Part shown: positions 1-12,453 of the stretch, in pieces
Layout: each line of letters opens with the position of its first letter
Position numbering within the stretch: position 1 is the first letter of the stretch
Source of the DNA: Paraphysomonas bandaiensis
Taxonomy: Eukaryota > Protista > Chrysophyceae
DNA: 64,000 nucleotides
Direction: 5' to 3'
NCBI GenBank assembly: GCA_965644295.1
Contig: CBFFRP010000338.1
Span: 236,181-300,180 of the forward strand
The notes under the pieces: generated by a model
What the model was told of the DNA's origin: nothing
The model's database searches: none
Seen by the model: the letters and a program-made list of their open reading frames with translations, nothing else
Position numbers and translations under genes: made by a program

Positions 1-498
1 CATGCATGACTCAGTATTGGTCTATTGTGAAATTGGCCGCCCCCCCCTCCCTCCCCTAGAATGCGCGGGGTTTTTCGTAATCTCATATAGACTATGCAAG
101 TATAGTGTAGATCTAGCTAGAGTTTTCTTGGTGCCGGCACACAAAGATACGCTGAAAGTTTTATTAATAATCTATACGTTACTTAGCTTGCTTAGTCAAC
201 ACTAACACTTCACTAGGGTACGCTCTCAGAATGGGGCAACTACAGCAAGACCATTATACAAATAATGTTACACACAAAGAGTACAGTGATTTAATATGGT
301 TACCTTCGTTGTCTGTGGTCTGTTATATGATATATTTCATCAAAACTCACATATGCTATCTTATATTAAGATGAATCCCAATAACGGAGCTCTCTCGAAA
401 GGCTGAGTTAGAAATGGATATATTTCAAGATGGAAATACTCGATTAGGGTAATTTAGTGTATTAATTTACATTATACTGTGACGATTCCACACACTAA

Positions 499-1167
499 TT
501 AGCGTTTCTGATTTACTATACATTTCCTTAAAGAATAATCTAGGGTTACTACTCCTCGTATAGCCACCATGTAGTCCTGGCCAAGTAAGTCCACATTCTC
601 AAAATGTCCATGTGCAAGGTATGCTGTAACGGCAGTACCATGGATAATAACATTGGTATTCGATGGTATGTTTTCACCATATCCTAATGCCGCGAATGTT
701 TCAGACCGAAGGTAAGTGCAAGGAGAGACAGTGTCGAAAAGGAAATGAACGTTGATGCTTACACCACGCTTGGAAACAATCAAAGGTATAAATATACGGG
801 ACCCTGTGCCATATAGTATTCCTTCAATCGGAAATGCAACATCAGCTTCAGTTGCTTCCAATGCAACACTCCCTAATTCGTCTCCAATTATACACTTATC
901 CTGTGGTGTTATATCACCGATTAGTACATCGTAGGCTGCAGGATGGACGGTAACGGTATCACTCGGAAACTCTAAGCTGTCACGTCGTTGTTCCATCAAA
1001 TTAACGATATATCTCTGTAGAATTGCTAAATCTTTTCCATTTTCCATTTCTGATGCTATTGAACGAAGAGAACTTAGTTTACTGTTTGGTGACATTTTAT
1101 TTATTCTATCAGTATCAGACTTTCCAACAATTTGTTCCAAAACTCCATTGACATCAGTGATATCCAT
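499..1167 (-). CDS. Retropepsin-like (clan AA) aspartic-protease-fold protein with a degenerate catalytic motif
   Basis: Intronless 222-aa ORF. It has hydrophobic-hydrophobic-D-T-[V]-S-P-x-T (VHFLFDTVSPCTYL) and a downstream LLGQD motif matching the retropepsin ILGxD. The Gly of DTG is Val (GTC). Confidence 0.6.
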   Translation of the reverse strand: MDITDVNGVLEQIVGKSDTDRINKMSPNSKLSSLRSIASEMENGKDLAILQRYIVNLMEQRRDSLEFPSDTVTVHPAAYDVLIGDITPQDKCIIGDELGSVALEATEADVAFPIEGILYGTGSRIFIPLIVSKRGVSINVHFLFDTVSPCTYLRSETFAALGYGENIPSNTNVIIHGTAVTAYLAHGHFENVDLLGQDYMVAIRGVVTLDYSLRKCIVNQKR

Positions 1168-1699
1168 ATTTATCTGTTATTAATGTTTACACATGATTGA
1201 ATTAGGATATAAACTATGAATTGACAAGTTAATTAGGAATGAAGAACATCATAACAATCAGAGGAGGAATGTCCAGTTCATATTCTCGTATTGGCATCCT
1301 TGGTATATTTTGGTTCAAATAAGCCTCTTATACTGAAACAACAATTATCTGTATTCCAGCCGTAGTTATACTGAAGTTATATAGAGTACTTTTGCTTCAT
1401 TCTATTCCCGAAAAATGAGATGCTGAATACGCTTAAGTGCTATAGGAACCGTAGGTAAAATACTGTGGCAGTATTTTTTTGGTAGTGTGTGACTATGTTT
1501 CACCTGCACCTGGAATATCAACAAAATAACACTGAAATATCAGATTTTTACTGTAGGTGAAATTATCATGGCACACTGTAGAAATCGTATGCAAAAGATA
1601 CAAGGCTGTATCTATATGATATGTGATCTACGTAGAAACCATATTCACATTAATATCGCACCTACATTGAATATCTTGCCTGTATTTAATATCGTGGCC

Positions 1700-2040
1700 A
1701 CACCACCACGAATTGAGAGACGTTCTTGAAGTCGATGAGGAGGAAGCTCGAGACGTAGCAGGAGAAGTATCATCTGAGAGGACCCATACCAAAACAAAGA
1801 CAATGTATACAGACAAAGTGAAGCACATGACGTAGTTCTTTTGTTCTCTTTATCCTGAAAGGTTGGATGATGAAGATAAGCTGATAATTTCTGCCAACAA
1901 AGACCGAGTGATGGAGTACTTTGGGGTTCAGAGCAATGCAGCTAACGACCGGAAGAAATTAGATGGACCACATGATATACCGAATGACAGGAGGATCTCT
2001 ACAGTGCATTACATGTTAAAGGCTATAGTGCATTAGTGTG
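1700..2040 (+). pseudogene. Decayed fragment resembling the N-terminal part of a Crypton-type tyrosine-recombinase transposon ORF
   Basis: Manual translation through stops and frameshifts gives TKTKTMYTDKVKHMT*FFCSLYPERLDDEDKLII...VMEYFG...YSALHVKGY-SALV. From memory this resembles the core-binding region of stramenopile Crypton YR proteins. No catalytic YR domain is visible. Confidence 0.35.
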
Positions 2041-3742
2041 AAGACTTTGTGGGACCTCTGACGTTTTGGTAATTGACAAGAAGGGGTCAAACCATATCGG
2101 CTTTTATGTAGACTTCAAGCTTTGACAAAAGCTGATAGGGATGATTCTCATCTACGTGCAAGAAAGACAATAGAATTCCTTCTTAAACGAGCATGGGAGT
2201 ATACTGAAATGCGATTCAAAGATATTACTCTCAGCAATGGAGATGTCCCGTTTGAATAAAGAATTGATCTTTATAATAGTAAAACAATGTTGTGATTATT
2301 AGAGTGTAAGTAATGAACGCGATAGAGTGAGAATTATGAATAACAATATAGAACATAACTATCATGCACAACGGAATAGTTAGAAGTGTAACTGATAATG
2401 ACGACGTTATGGTGACGATCATGTATCTTCGACAGATACTCTCTCTAATTCAGTTCGTGATATATTTCATTGAACATTATAACTCACAGATACAATCTTG
2501 TATTAAGCTGAATTCTAATACGCTCCCTCAATGAAACAATCAGTGAAAGATTATAGAGAGAATATGAACTTATACACACTGAGAGTAAAAACCAGAGTAG
2601 CAGTCACTAGTCAATAATAAGTGCACTGCAGAGATGCCATATTGTGAGACCATCCTTCTAGCCCAGCATCATTTGTAAGCTGAATCCTAATAGTTTGGTA
2701 GAGTATAGTATGAAAGTGCTTTTAAAGAATTGTATCAAGAGTTAGGAATGGAATGTAAGGATGTTGGTAATTTCAGTTATGGCAGTTTCTATAGTAGGTT
2801 ATGTTCTAGTAGTAGAGGTAAGTGAGTACTATTTGTAATCTATATCAATATTATACTAAGTAGTAATAATATACGAAGTATGTATGTCTACTACAGTATA
2901 TATATTATTTGCACTTGAAATATATGTAAATTTTTGACTAAGAAAGTCGATTGTATATAAGCCAGCTACGAAAACCACTGCTAGATATATATTAGGGTCT
3001 ATTTTCAATAAAGCAATACAGATAGGTACTGGGACTACTTCAGAAGACTTTGACCACTGTGGTGTACCAGCGCGTGTGAATGGCAATCAGAAGAGGGCAC
3101 GTAGTTCACTCAGATAAGCAAATAATAATCATATCCTCCTTCCTTAATATACGTGAAATAAGAATAGGTGAAGTGACACGCTATCACCATAAAATAACTA
3201 ATATTTGTTATTATACGGTAGGTATGTACGTGTGTGCCTTTTCAATTGTACTCCAAAAATCTTGCAATATACATTTACCACCTACCCCATATCCCCAATA
3301 TATAAGCATATACATAAAATAATATATAATATATATACCAGTCTATTTTAAACACAACTGTTATATTAGGTCTCATCACGTTTGCAGGCACTTGTCGCAT
3401 GGGTCTTCGTGTTAAAGTATAGAAGATAGAAGCAAGTGTACTGAACCCCTCATAATTATGGCTTGATATTATGATTTTTTATTGTTAAAAGAATTTAGCT
3501 TGCATTGCTTCTTGATTCTCGTATCCTGGCTACTCAACCTCGCATAACATACGTACTAGCGAATGATAGTACATCGAATTCTGGATATATGCGTTGTATT
3601 ATAATACTCGCAGTACAAGTATAGCCCACATATTAACTCAGTTTGTGGAACCGTGATACTTGAGCATCATGAAATATAAATGATGAGAACACTATTATTA
3701 CATATACTTCACTTAACTATAACTAATACTTCAACAACATAA

Positions 3743-4210
3743 TTATTTCTTGTCATCTACTTTAGACTTCTTTTTCTTAGGCTTAACGACCTCTATAGAT
3801 TCTGGATCAGATACAGACTTTCTTTTCTCAGAAAGAGGCTTCACACCACCTTCCTTCTCAGTAGACTCCCGCTTACGCTTCTTTTCTTTAGATGGTGTTT
3901 TACTCTTATCTTTCTTCTTCTTCTTCTCTACTGATGGAGGCACATCCTCTTTTTTACTGGCAGATTCACTATCATCATTCTCCGTTTCTTTGATTAATAT
4001 TTTTTGTTGAGCTTCTAAAGCATTACACATCGTGTCAAGTTTTTCAAGAACTTCATCAGAAACTTTTCCAACTCGCATAGCATGCTGAATGTTGAGAGGA
4101 TCGCCACCATTTGATTCTATAAAGGAACGTATTTTGGATGTTATTTTCTTGGTAGAAATATCCTTTTCCCCAGTTACTATGACAAACGGTTCTAACTTTT
4201 GTGTAGACAT
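3743..4210 (-). CDS. Hypothetical 155-aa protein with a Lys/Glu/Ser-rich C-terminus (NLS-like, possibly nucleolar)
   Basis: ORF 3743..4282; likely start MSTQKL at 4210. Globular-looking N-half, poly-Lys tracts in the C-half. Confidence 0.65.
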   Translation of the reverse strand: MSTQKLEPFVIVTGEKDISTKKITSKIRSFIESNGGDPLNIQHAMRVGKVSDEVLEKLDTMCNALEAQQKILIKETENDDSESASKKEDVPPSVEKKKKKDKSKTPSKEKKRKRESTEKEGGVKPLSEKRKSVSDPESIEVVKPKKKKSKVDDKK

Positions 4211-4335
4211 TATGAATATTAAATATATCAGAGAAAATAAATGACAGTTTGGTCTGGTATCGGCGTGGAATGAAGGACACATAGAGCACCGCCCTGGCTA
4301 AACACACTCCACCACATATTCCACACACCACTCAC

Positions 4336-4380
4336 ATGTATATGTATGTATGTATGTCTGTATGTCTGTATGTATGTATG

Positions 4381-4414
<34 letters not shown>

Positions 4415-4916
4415 TGTATGTATGTATGTATGTATGTATGTATGTATGTATGTATGTATGTATGTATGTATGTATGTATGTATGTATGTATGTATGTATG
4501 TATGTATGTATGTATGTATGTATGTATGTATGTATGTATGTATGTATGTATGTATGTATGCATGTATGTATGTATGTATGTATGTATGTATGTATGTATG
4601 TATGTATGTATGTATGTATGTATGTATGTATGTATGTATGTATGTATGTATGTATGTATGTATGTATGTATGTATGTATGTATGTATGTATGTATGTATG
4701 TATGTATGTATGTATGTATGTATGTATGTATGTATGTATGTATGTATGTATGTATGTATGTATGTATGTATGTATGTATGTATGTATGTATGTATGTATG
4801 TATGTATGTATGTATGTATGTATGTATGTATGTATGTATGTATGTATGTATGTATGTATGTATGTATGTATGTATGTATGTATGTATGTATGTATGTATG
4901 TATGTATGTATGTATG

Positions 4917-4948
<32 letters not shown>

Positions 4949-5134
4949 TGTATGTATGTATGTATGTATGTATGTATGTATGTATGTATGTATGTATGTA
5001 TGTATGTATGTATGTATGTATGTGTGTATGTATGTATGTATGTATGTATGTATGTGTGTATGTATGTATGTGTGTATGTATGTATGTATGTATGTATGTA
5101 TGTATGTATGTATGTATGTATGTATGTATGTATG

Positions 5135-5198
<64 letters not shown>

Positions 5199-5255
5199 TG
5201 TATGTATGTATGTATGTATGTATGTATGTATGTATGTATGTACGTATGTATGTAT
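4336..5255. repeat. (TATG)n/(CATA)n tetranucleotide array, about 920 bp
   Basis: Nearly perfect array seen directly; lies between two divergently transcribed genes. Confidence 0.99.
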
Positions 5256-5536
5256 ACCTATACAAGTGATTTGGCTGGGCAAATCCAGCACTTTTTTGCT
5301 TGGTCTACCGAACGCACCCTGATATATGATATGCATTATGTATAGGTTCAATGCATTTCGTCTCATGTCACTCATATCTTTTCACTCTAAGATATAATTC
5401 AACACAATATATATACAGAGAGAGCTCATAACAAGACTTCCCACTACAGTGTGTTTAATACACCCATATCTTCGATCGTCCTCTATTCTAATCTACTCTA
5501 ATCTACTCTACTCTAATCTAATCTAATACAGTCGTA

Positions 5537-6613
5537 ATGCTTCCAATGTTTAACTTATCTGAGCCGATCAACTCATGTTTATTATTTTTAACTTCTACGT
5601 TAAGTTTCATATGTTATAAGCACAGAAAACAAGTGAAGAAAATCAATCAATCTGGTAAAAATATCTTAGTAGTGCTGCATATTCCAGGAACAGGAACTGT
5701 TAGTATGCCAACTGCGCTAAATAATGATATTATTATTGCAAAGGCAGTGGAAGGTATGTGTATACATATGTGTGTATGTATTCCCCCTCATTAGTTGTGT
5801 ATTTACTATATATTAGCTCTTAGTGGGAACCTGTATATTTACATACTCAATGGGGGCGACGATGACAATGCAGCTATGATGAGGTACATCTCGTATGTGT
5901 ATTCACGAGCATGGGATGAGATGGTTTTGAATAAGAAACTTCACTCACAGTGTATTGTTGTTGGCGATTCCAGTAGCTGCTCATTCATGCCATTAAATGA
6001 TATTATGAAGTCAAGTTTGGATAAAGCATTTGTCTCAGACACTCATCAAGAAAACTTAGTGCGAATATTATGTTCATCTGTAGGCAAACCATCGGTAGAT
6101 ATCAGTGTCGTTCCTGAACCTGGCTATGTTGATGATGTTTACTACTTTGATGCCGAGGATGAAATTTTGCCTCAATACAAAAAAGTAGCATTGGGGGGTA
6201 CTTTTGATAGAATTCACAATGGCCATCGAAAATTGTTGACCCTTGCTGCCGGCGTATGTACGGGTACTCTAGTGGTGGGTATCATGACAGACGAAATGCT
6301 TAAGAAGAAGAGTAATGCAAATATGATCCAGAATTTTGCCACAAGAAAACAGGCTGTACTTTCCTTTCTTCGACTAATAAAGCCTGGTCTTGATATTTTT
6401 ATTGCCCCTCTAACGGACCCATTTGGCCCGACAATAACAGACCCGTCAATTGGTTCTATTGTCGTGTCTTCTGAAACTATAACTGGAGTATCGAAGATAA
6501 ATAAACTACGAAAGGATGCGAAATTTTCAGCCTTGGATGTGTTGGTTGTAAAGCGTGCAGATGTTGCAACATTATCCAGCTCTTTCATCAGAGATTTTGA
6601 AAAGAGTGTGTAG
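5537..6613 (+). CDS. Phosphopantetheine adenylyltransferase (CAB4/COASY-type cytidylyltransferase fold); 2 exons
   Basis: Motifs VALGGTFDRIHNGH (HIGH motif), DPFGPT, IVVSSET and LSSSFIR. A GT-AG intron at 5754-5816 joins ORFs 5537 and 5795 in frame. Confidence 0.88.
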
Positions 6614-6914
6614 TATATATAATTCTAGAGATTGTGGATTGAAATTGAATTATGAAGTGAAATCCCCATGTTACGCACCTTGGGCTTTGTTGTGAATTTG
6701 GTTAGTATTTAAGCATTCTATAATAAACTGTAGAGATATTTGTAAAGAAAGTGTTGGTGGGGTATGTGCTAAAGATGAGTTCTGAAACTATTATAAATTT
6801 GAATAATTCTTGAAGAGCATTGTTGTAACTTAATATACTAGCTAGTAGTGAATTTCTTTTACATAAGCAAGTACATAATATATATTGATTGTTATATATT
6901 ATATATATTCAAAT

Positions 6915-7629
6915 CAGGGATAGGGAACAATATATTGCAATACTATTGTTAGATAGCGTTCCATCAATACTATTGATGGATTTTTTAAACCGGTCCTACA
7001 ATACAATTACAATATATTGCAATATATTGTCAATGTATTGCAATATATTAGTATGACTAATCAGTAGGTAAACACATCCGTAGATTTCATTTCTAGTATT
7101 AGTCATTAAGATCACATGACAACCAAACCAACTACTGCTTATAGCTAAAAAAAATCCACCTCGTCCTCATACTCTGAGCCATCATCGGTGACGTCAACAT
7201 AACCATATTCATCCACAGAATTAATTGAAATATGCTAGTATCCGGCCATAACTGTCGAATAGCTTTCAGAAACAACAGCATATTAAGTAGGATGGATACT
7301 TTTGCGCAACACTGATATAATATGTCTAGCTGTGCTGAACAGACGTTCCCATGTATTGGAAGATCCCATACCAGGGCCAGGCAACCGTTAATGACTCGTG
7401 GATCTGTACGTTTCTTAATTTTTTGAGCTGACTGAAGGCTTTTAGTCGCATAGTCAACATCAGCTTCATTATCCTTTGTAATGTTGTAATCAATTTCTCG
7501 GTTATTTATATCCATTTTGCACCCTACAGTTGAGAATCTTCTCTTATATGTCTATCATAATATTGATTGCAATATATTGCAATGTATTGTACAATGTATT
7601 GCAATACAATATATTGTTCCCTATCCCTG
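6915..7629 (-). mobile_element. Non-autonomous hAT transposon (internal deletion derivative), copy 1
   Basis: TIRs CAGGGATAGGGAACAATATATTG / CAATATATTGTTCCCTATCCCTG. 8-bp TSD ATTCAAAT (6907-6914, 7630-7637). Subterminal TATTGCAATA repeats. Remnant of the hAT dimerisation domain (KRLFSTAKHI..; MLLFLKAIRQLW). Confidence 0.93.
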
Positions 7630-8563
7630 ATTCAAATTATTATTACGGTTTATACCGCTGTTTCTATCCCTGGTACTTTTATACCATAGTTTGTGTGTCA
7701 GGTTGCGTTAATCCGGGTAGTGTACAGCTTACAAATAATAGGGAGATGGCCTTTCGCTTTCCGTAGCCGTATAGGAATTGTTACATTTTTGAATTGTGAC
7801 TGTTTAAGGTTAGTGCAGATCAGCTAAATACAAACTAGTATATCAAAAATTTTGTAGCAGCACTTCGTTATCCATATTAAATATATTTATTGTATCTAGA
7901 TTTCTCTTTTCATTTTCACGTATAATACACACACATTTTCACGCGGAAATCATATGATATGTGGCAAATATTTAGAAATCATTTAATATGGGGCCATCAG
8001 ATGCTGTAGAATTTTCTAGCACATACATTCACTTAAATCCAGAGTGCCTTTTGCATGGAAAACGATCTAAGAATCTTGTTAAGTTACGATTTGAGTCTGG
8101 AGAAAGCAAGAATAGGCAGCAGATGTATAAGAGGACATAATATTATAGATGACACATTTCCGTTACTATAACACTGCAGAGCGTATATATACATATGTAT
8201 ACATATGTATACAGCAGCAGCATACAGAAACTGAAATCAAAAACAGACAGCATTTCGATTTTTTGAATTTTCAGCTGAGTTTTTTTCTGGTGCATACCAT
8301 ACTGCTGTATGTGGGTGCAGTATATGCATATGCAAGTGTTTGTGTGTATGTATTGTGTATATAGAGATATTGAACTGGTCGTATCATGAGGCAGATAGAA
8401 GTCGAAGTGTCCAGTTTAATATACTTAACTTCCTTAACTTCATTTGAATATAGGAGAGTATATGTATGTATCATATGAAATCATACGTATAGATATTAAT
8501 ATCTGTATTCATACCTCCTATAATTAAATAATACATACATATATATATATATCCACACTCAAG

Positions 8564-11079
8564 ATGCATACAGTGGGATTGTTTCTATTAACGATATGCG
8601 GGTTAGGATTCACTATGTCTTGGGGGGATATCATCGACCCATCCCTTCAATACACATGGTCTAGGTATGAATATATTCATAGTTAAGTTAATGGTATATG
8701 TATAATCTTATAAATAGAGGATATCCACAGTCCTGTAAGTGTGTTGAAACAGGAGTAACAAGCAGTGAATGTGATTTATATAAATGCACATGTTCATGTG
8801 ATCTTTCTGCGGGTGAATGTGATTATAGTTGTTGCTGTGATCCGGACTGCTCTGTTGATCAGGTAACAGACTCATATGTATTAGATTATATCATTTAATC
8901 AGTTATTTATATGATAGATTGATCGATTTCGAGATAATGGAGTGTGTAGTGATGAGGGTTATACACCGGACAGTGAAAGAGTATGTTACAGCTCTGAGGA
9001 ATTACAAAAAGTCAATCCGCGATCACCAGTTGAGGGGAAAGCGACATCAACTGATGCACTAGATGAAATGCTGTGTGTTGAGAAAAAGAATAAAGAGCTC
9101 AAAGTGGGAACATGCTCATGTTTTGATAACACACATCATTATTTACACAGGGAAATTTTTATGAAGAGGTGGGACACCCTCAGGACACATCAGTCTTCGA
9201 CGAGTCTGGCGGCCAGAAGGAATATACTTACTCCACTGAAGATACTGTTCAGGTACAGCGAATGGTTACTAAGACATCATATTTATTCCGATATCATGTC
9301 CTTATATTTTAGTTGACAAATGATGGGTTCTACGATCATAACGACACTATTCCTGCGTACAATGGTCGGTATTCACCGCCATCTAGCTTTGGGGGTTCCG
9401 GTTATTTACCCCTACCGCGACCTGATTTTTCTGGATATTGCAACGATAATAACAATGCTGAATTTCGTAACGATGCATCGACCATGTGCTTGAGAAAGCT
9501 TGGTGGTAGTTCAAATACTGAAGCTTCTTTTGCATCGCAGTGCGAAGCCGGTCTTGTATCAACGGACACGTTAGTAAGAAATCTACTATTAGCCAGCACA
9601 CCGTAAGTTGCTACGTGTTGAGTAACTTGTGTAACCTTTACCCTCAGACCAGCAACTCTTGGTACACCTCCGGCTGAGTATGTGAGTCCGGTGATTACGT
9701 CTGTGATGTTTCTGTCACCTGCAGATGAAAACAACGCTGCTGTTTCTACCGATGTGACCTCTGCTTGGATGACCAATAATTGTTCAACTGGTGTTGAAAG
9801 CAGTTCCTCAAACTACGACTCAAGTTGCCAATTTGGCAGTAATTTTTCAAGCAATACTATTTGTCGAAATGCTATTCAATCAATTACATTTACTGTTAGC
9901 CATGCGCAGGACTCACAGTCATCCATTGAGTCTGTTTCTGTGGAATTTGTTGTCATGGATATTGTATTAAGCGATTCCAATGGGGGAGCTGAATTTGCGC
10001 AGTCATTCGGAATTTTGTACAACGATACTGCATCGGCATCCTCGATTTCTCAAGTTAATGGTAATCAGGTTAAGCGGTATCGATCTGGCAATCCGGGATA
10101 TCGTTTTGGCCTTCCTGTTCTCTTTGGTTCACTAGACAGCTCTAATGAGGTTATACTAGCCGAGGAAAGTGGACTCACAGTGTCTACAGCTTTACCAACT
10201 TCACAAGCTGGGGTGTCAACATTTGGGTCTGCGCTCTGCCCATCGGAGTTGACCATTGACAACGTAGAAAAAGAAGGTGTAAGATTCGGATACGACTTAG
10301 TATCCTCGTGTTCATTGCAGTTGAATAGGTAGTTCAGTATGTGTATAATGGTGATGTAACTAATTTTCTTGCCACCCAGGTCATCTCTTCGAAGCTTTTG
10401 TTGTGAAGGTGCTGACCTTTGTGACCCCGGATATAGCAGTGTATATTCAATGTCTAATGGAGTACCTGTGTATCTGGATCCGGTTGAAGGGTAAGTATAG
10501 ATACAAGGGCTTCCCGATTGTTGACGTATTGTGCAGTTACATTGGAGCGTTTGGTAATGCGGACCCTTTGGATGTAAATCAATGGTTTGCCTTATCAGTC
10601 GACAACCCTTCTGTGCTTGTTTCGAATAGGCGGTGGACAGAGAGTTCAGGGGTGTGCAGCTCAATGATCACTGGTGTGAATTACAAGTTTCTGGTGACTT
10701 ACGCTGGGGAGAAAGGTAACCCACAAAACAAAATCGTGTCTGCTATGGTGGAGTATAAAACATCCGATGTAGTAATGAGGTACGAGAAATATGTTAGCAA
10801 ATTTATCAATTAATTCATTGTGTCAGAGCTCCTGTCGATGATGAAGTTGCTGAACAACCAATCACGCTGTCAATCACGGCGACGTTCATATTTAAAGAGA
10901 ACGAGGATTTGAAGGGATATACCCCCCCTCCCCCTCCTGGTCTTTTGACTGTTCCATATGATGTTTTTTACCCGTTCAATATAGGAAATAGTGCTCCGAA
11001 ATGCAATAGAATTTCACTTTTCAGTACCTTCGTGTTGATTGCTTTCGCCACATTAGTCGGGGTTGTGTATGGAAATTGA
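8564..11079 (+). CDS. TCTN: Tectonic (DUF1619) ciliary transition-zone protein; multi-exon
   Basis: Signal peptide MHTVGLFLLTICGLG; Cys-rich CSCDLSAGECDYSCCCDPDC; RSGNPGY; GEKGNPQNKI; C-terminal PYDVFYPF followed by a hydrophobic anchor. Several short GT-AG introns link ORFs 8698-10813. Confidence 0.9.
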
Positions 11080-11664
11080 GCGGCCTGTAAGGTGTTGTGG
11101 TGAGACGTGCAGTACAGTGTGACAATTTGTAGTACTAGTATCAATGAGAAATTGTAAAAATAATACTTGAGTTAGTTTATTCATTTGTATCGTATATTGT
11201 GATTGCCGTGCGTGTTATTCAGATGCAAACACTATGGCAGCTAGTAGTTAGATTTCTGACTTACAAAGCTTGACTTAATACAGCAACACTCTTGCACTAC
11301 TAGTCTATTAGTATCTCATTGAGGTATTTAGGTATTTTTCATGCATTGACTACGTCTGACTTTTTTTGGTCTACACACTTCGACTGTGCACGCTGATGAT
11401 GTAGTCATCCAGAGAAAGCTCCAATATTGCATTCTCAGGACTACGTACACTATAGAGTAAGTGAACTGCTTAATTTACTGAAACGGTAAGGTCTAATTTT
11501 ATCACACACTAGGGATGTTTCAATATGAGTGTCAGAGTGTTACGAAGTCGCATAGTAGCAAAGAAACAATGATTTTTAGTTTTTAAATGACATTGTCATT
11601 ATTACTTAACGGAAAGAAGTAATTCACAGTTACATACCACAGAATTACTGTCAATACGATGAAA

Positions 11665-12117
<453 letters not shown>

Positions 12118-12453
12118 TTATTGTAAAATTGGATTGTGTGCAATTATAATATATGGGATTGCATGCATTGTATGGATCGTCTGTGCTTCTAGATAGTCAT
12201 CGTCTGTTTTTGTAGTTCAAATATATTCCGCATCTTGAAGAGACAATGTAAACTGAAAATATTGTGTAGTACGGTAGGATTCGGTATACCAATTGGAGAT
12301 TCTTGATGAAAGAAAAAGATGAAGTGTGATGTGCATATCCAATAAGCGTGAACAGAATCAGGGAGTGAGAGTATGTGAATTTACTATCTGCAATAGTACG
12401 TGAAAATAAAGTACATATTGCAATCAAACAATCCACAGGACTGTATAGATATC

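Noticed and set aside
2490-2695. Possible LTR/TRIM remnant (AAGCTGAAT.CTAATA twice, PPT-like TGAGGGAG on the minus strand)
   Set aside because: Only a 16-bp repeat; no TSD or PBS could be established.
4228-5375. Long IHTY/MYVC ORFs (also at 39754-39978, 49047-49652 and 52638-53335)
   Set aside because: These are translations of the stop-free TATG/CATA microsatellite. The apparent N-terminal extension of the acyltransferase is the same artefact.
7132-7766. ORFs inside the hAT copies (also 20009-20784 and 39478-39757) as host genes
   Set aside because: They are frameshifted transposase remnants or run through TIR sequence.
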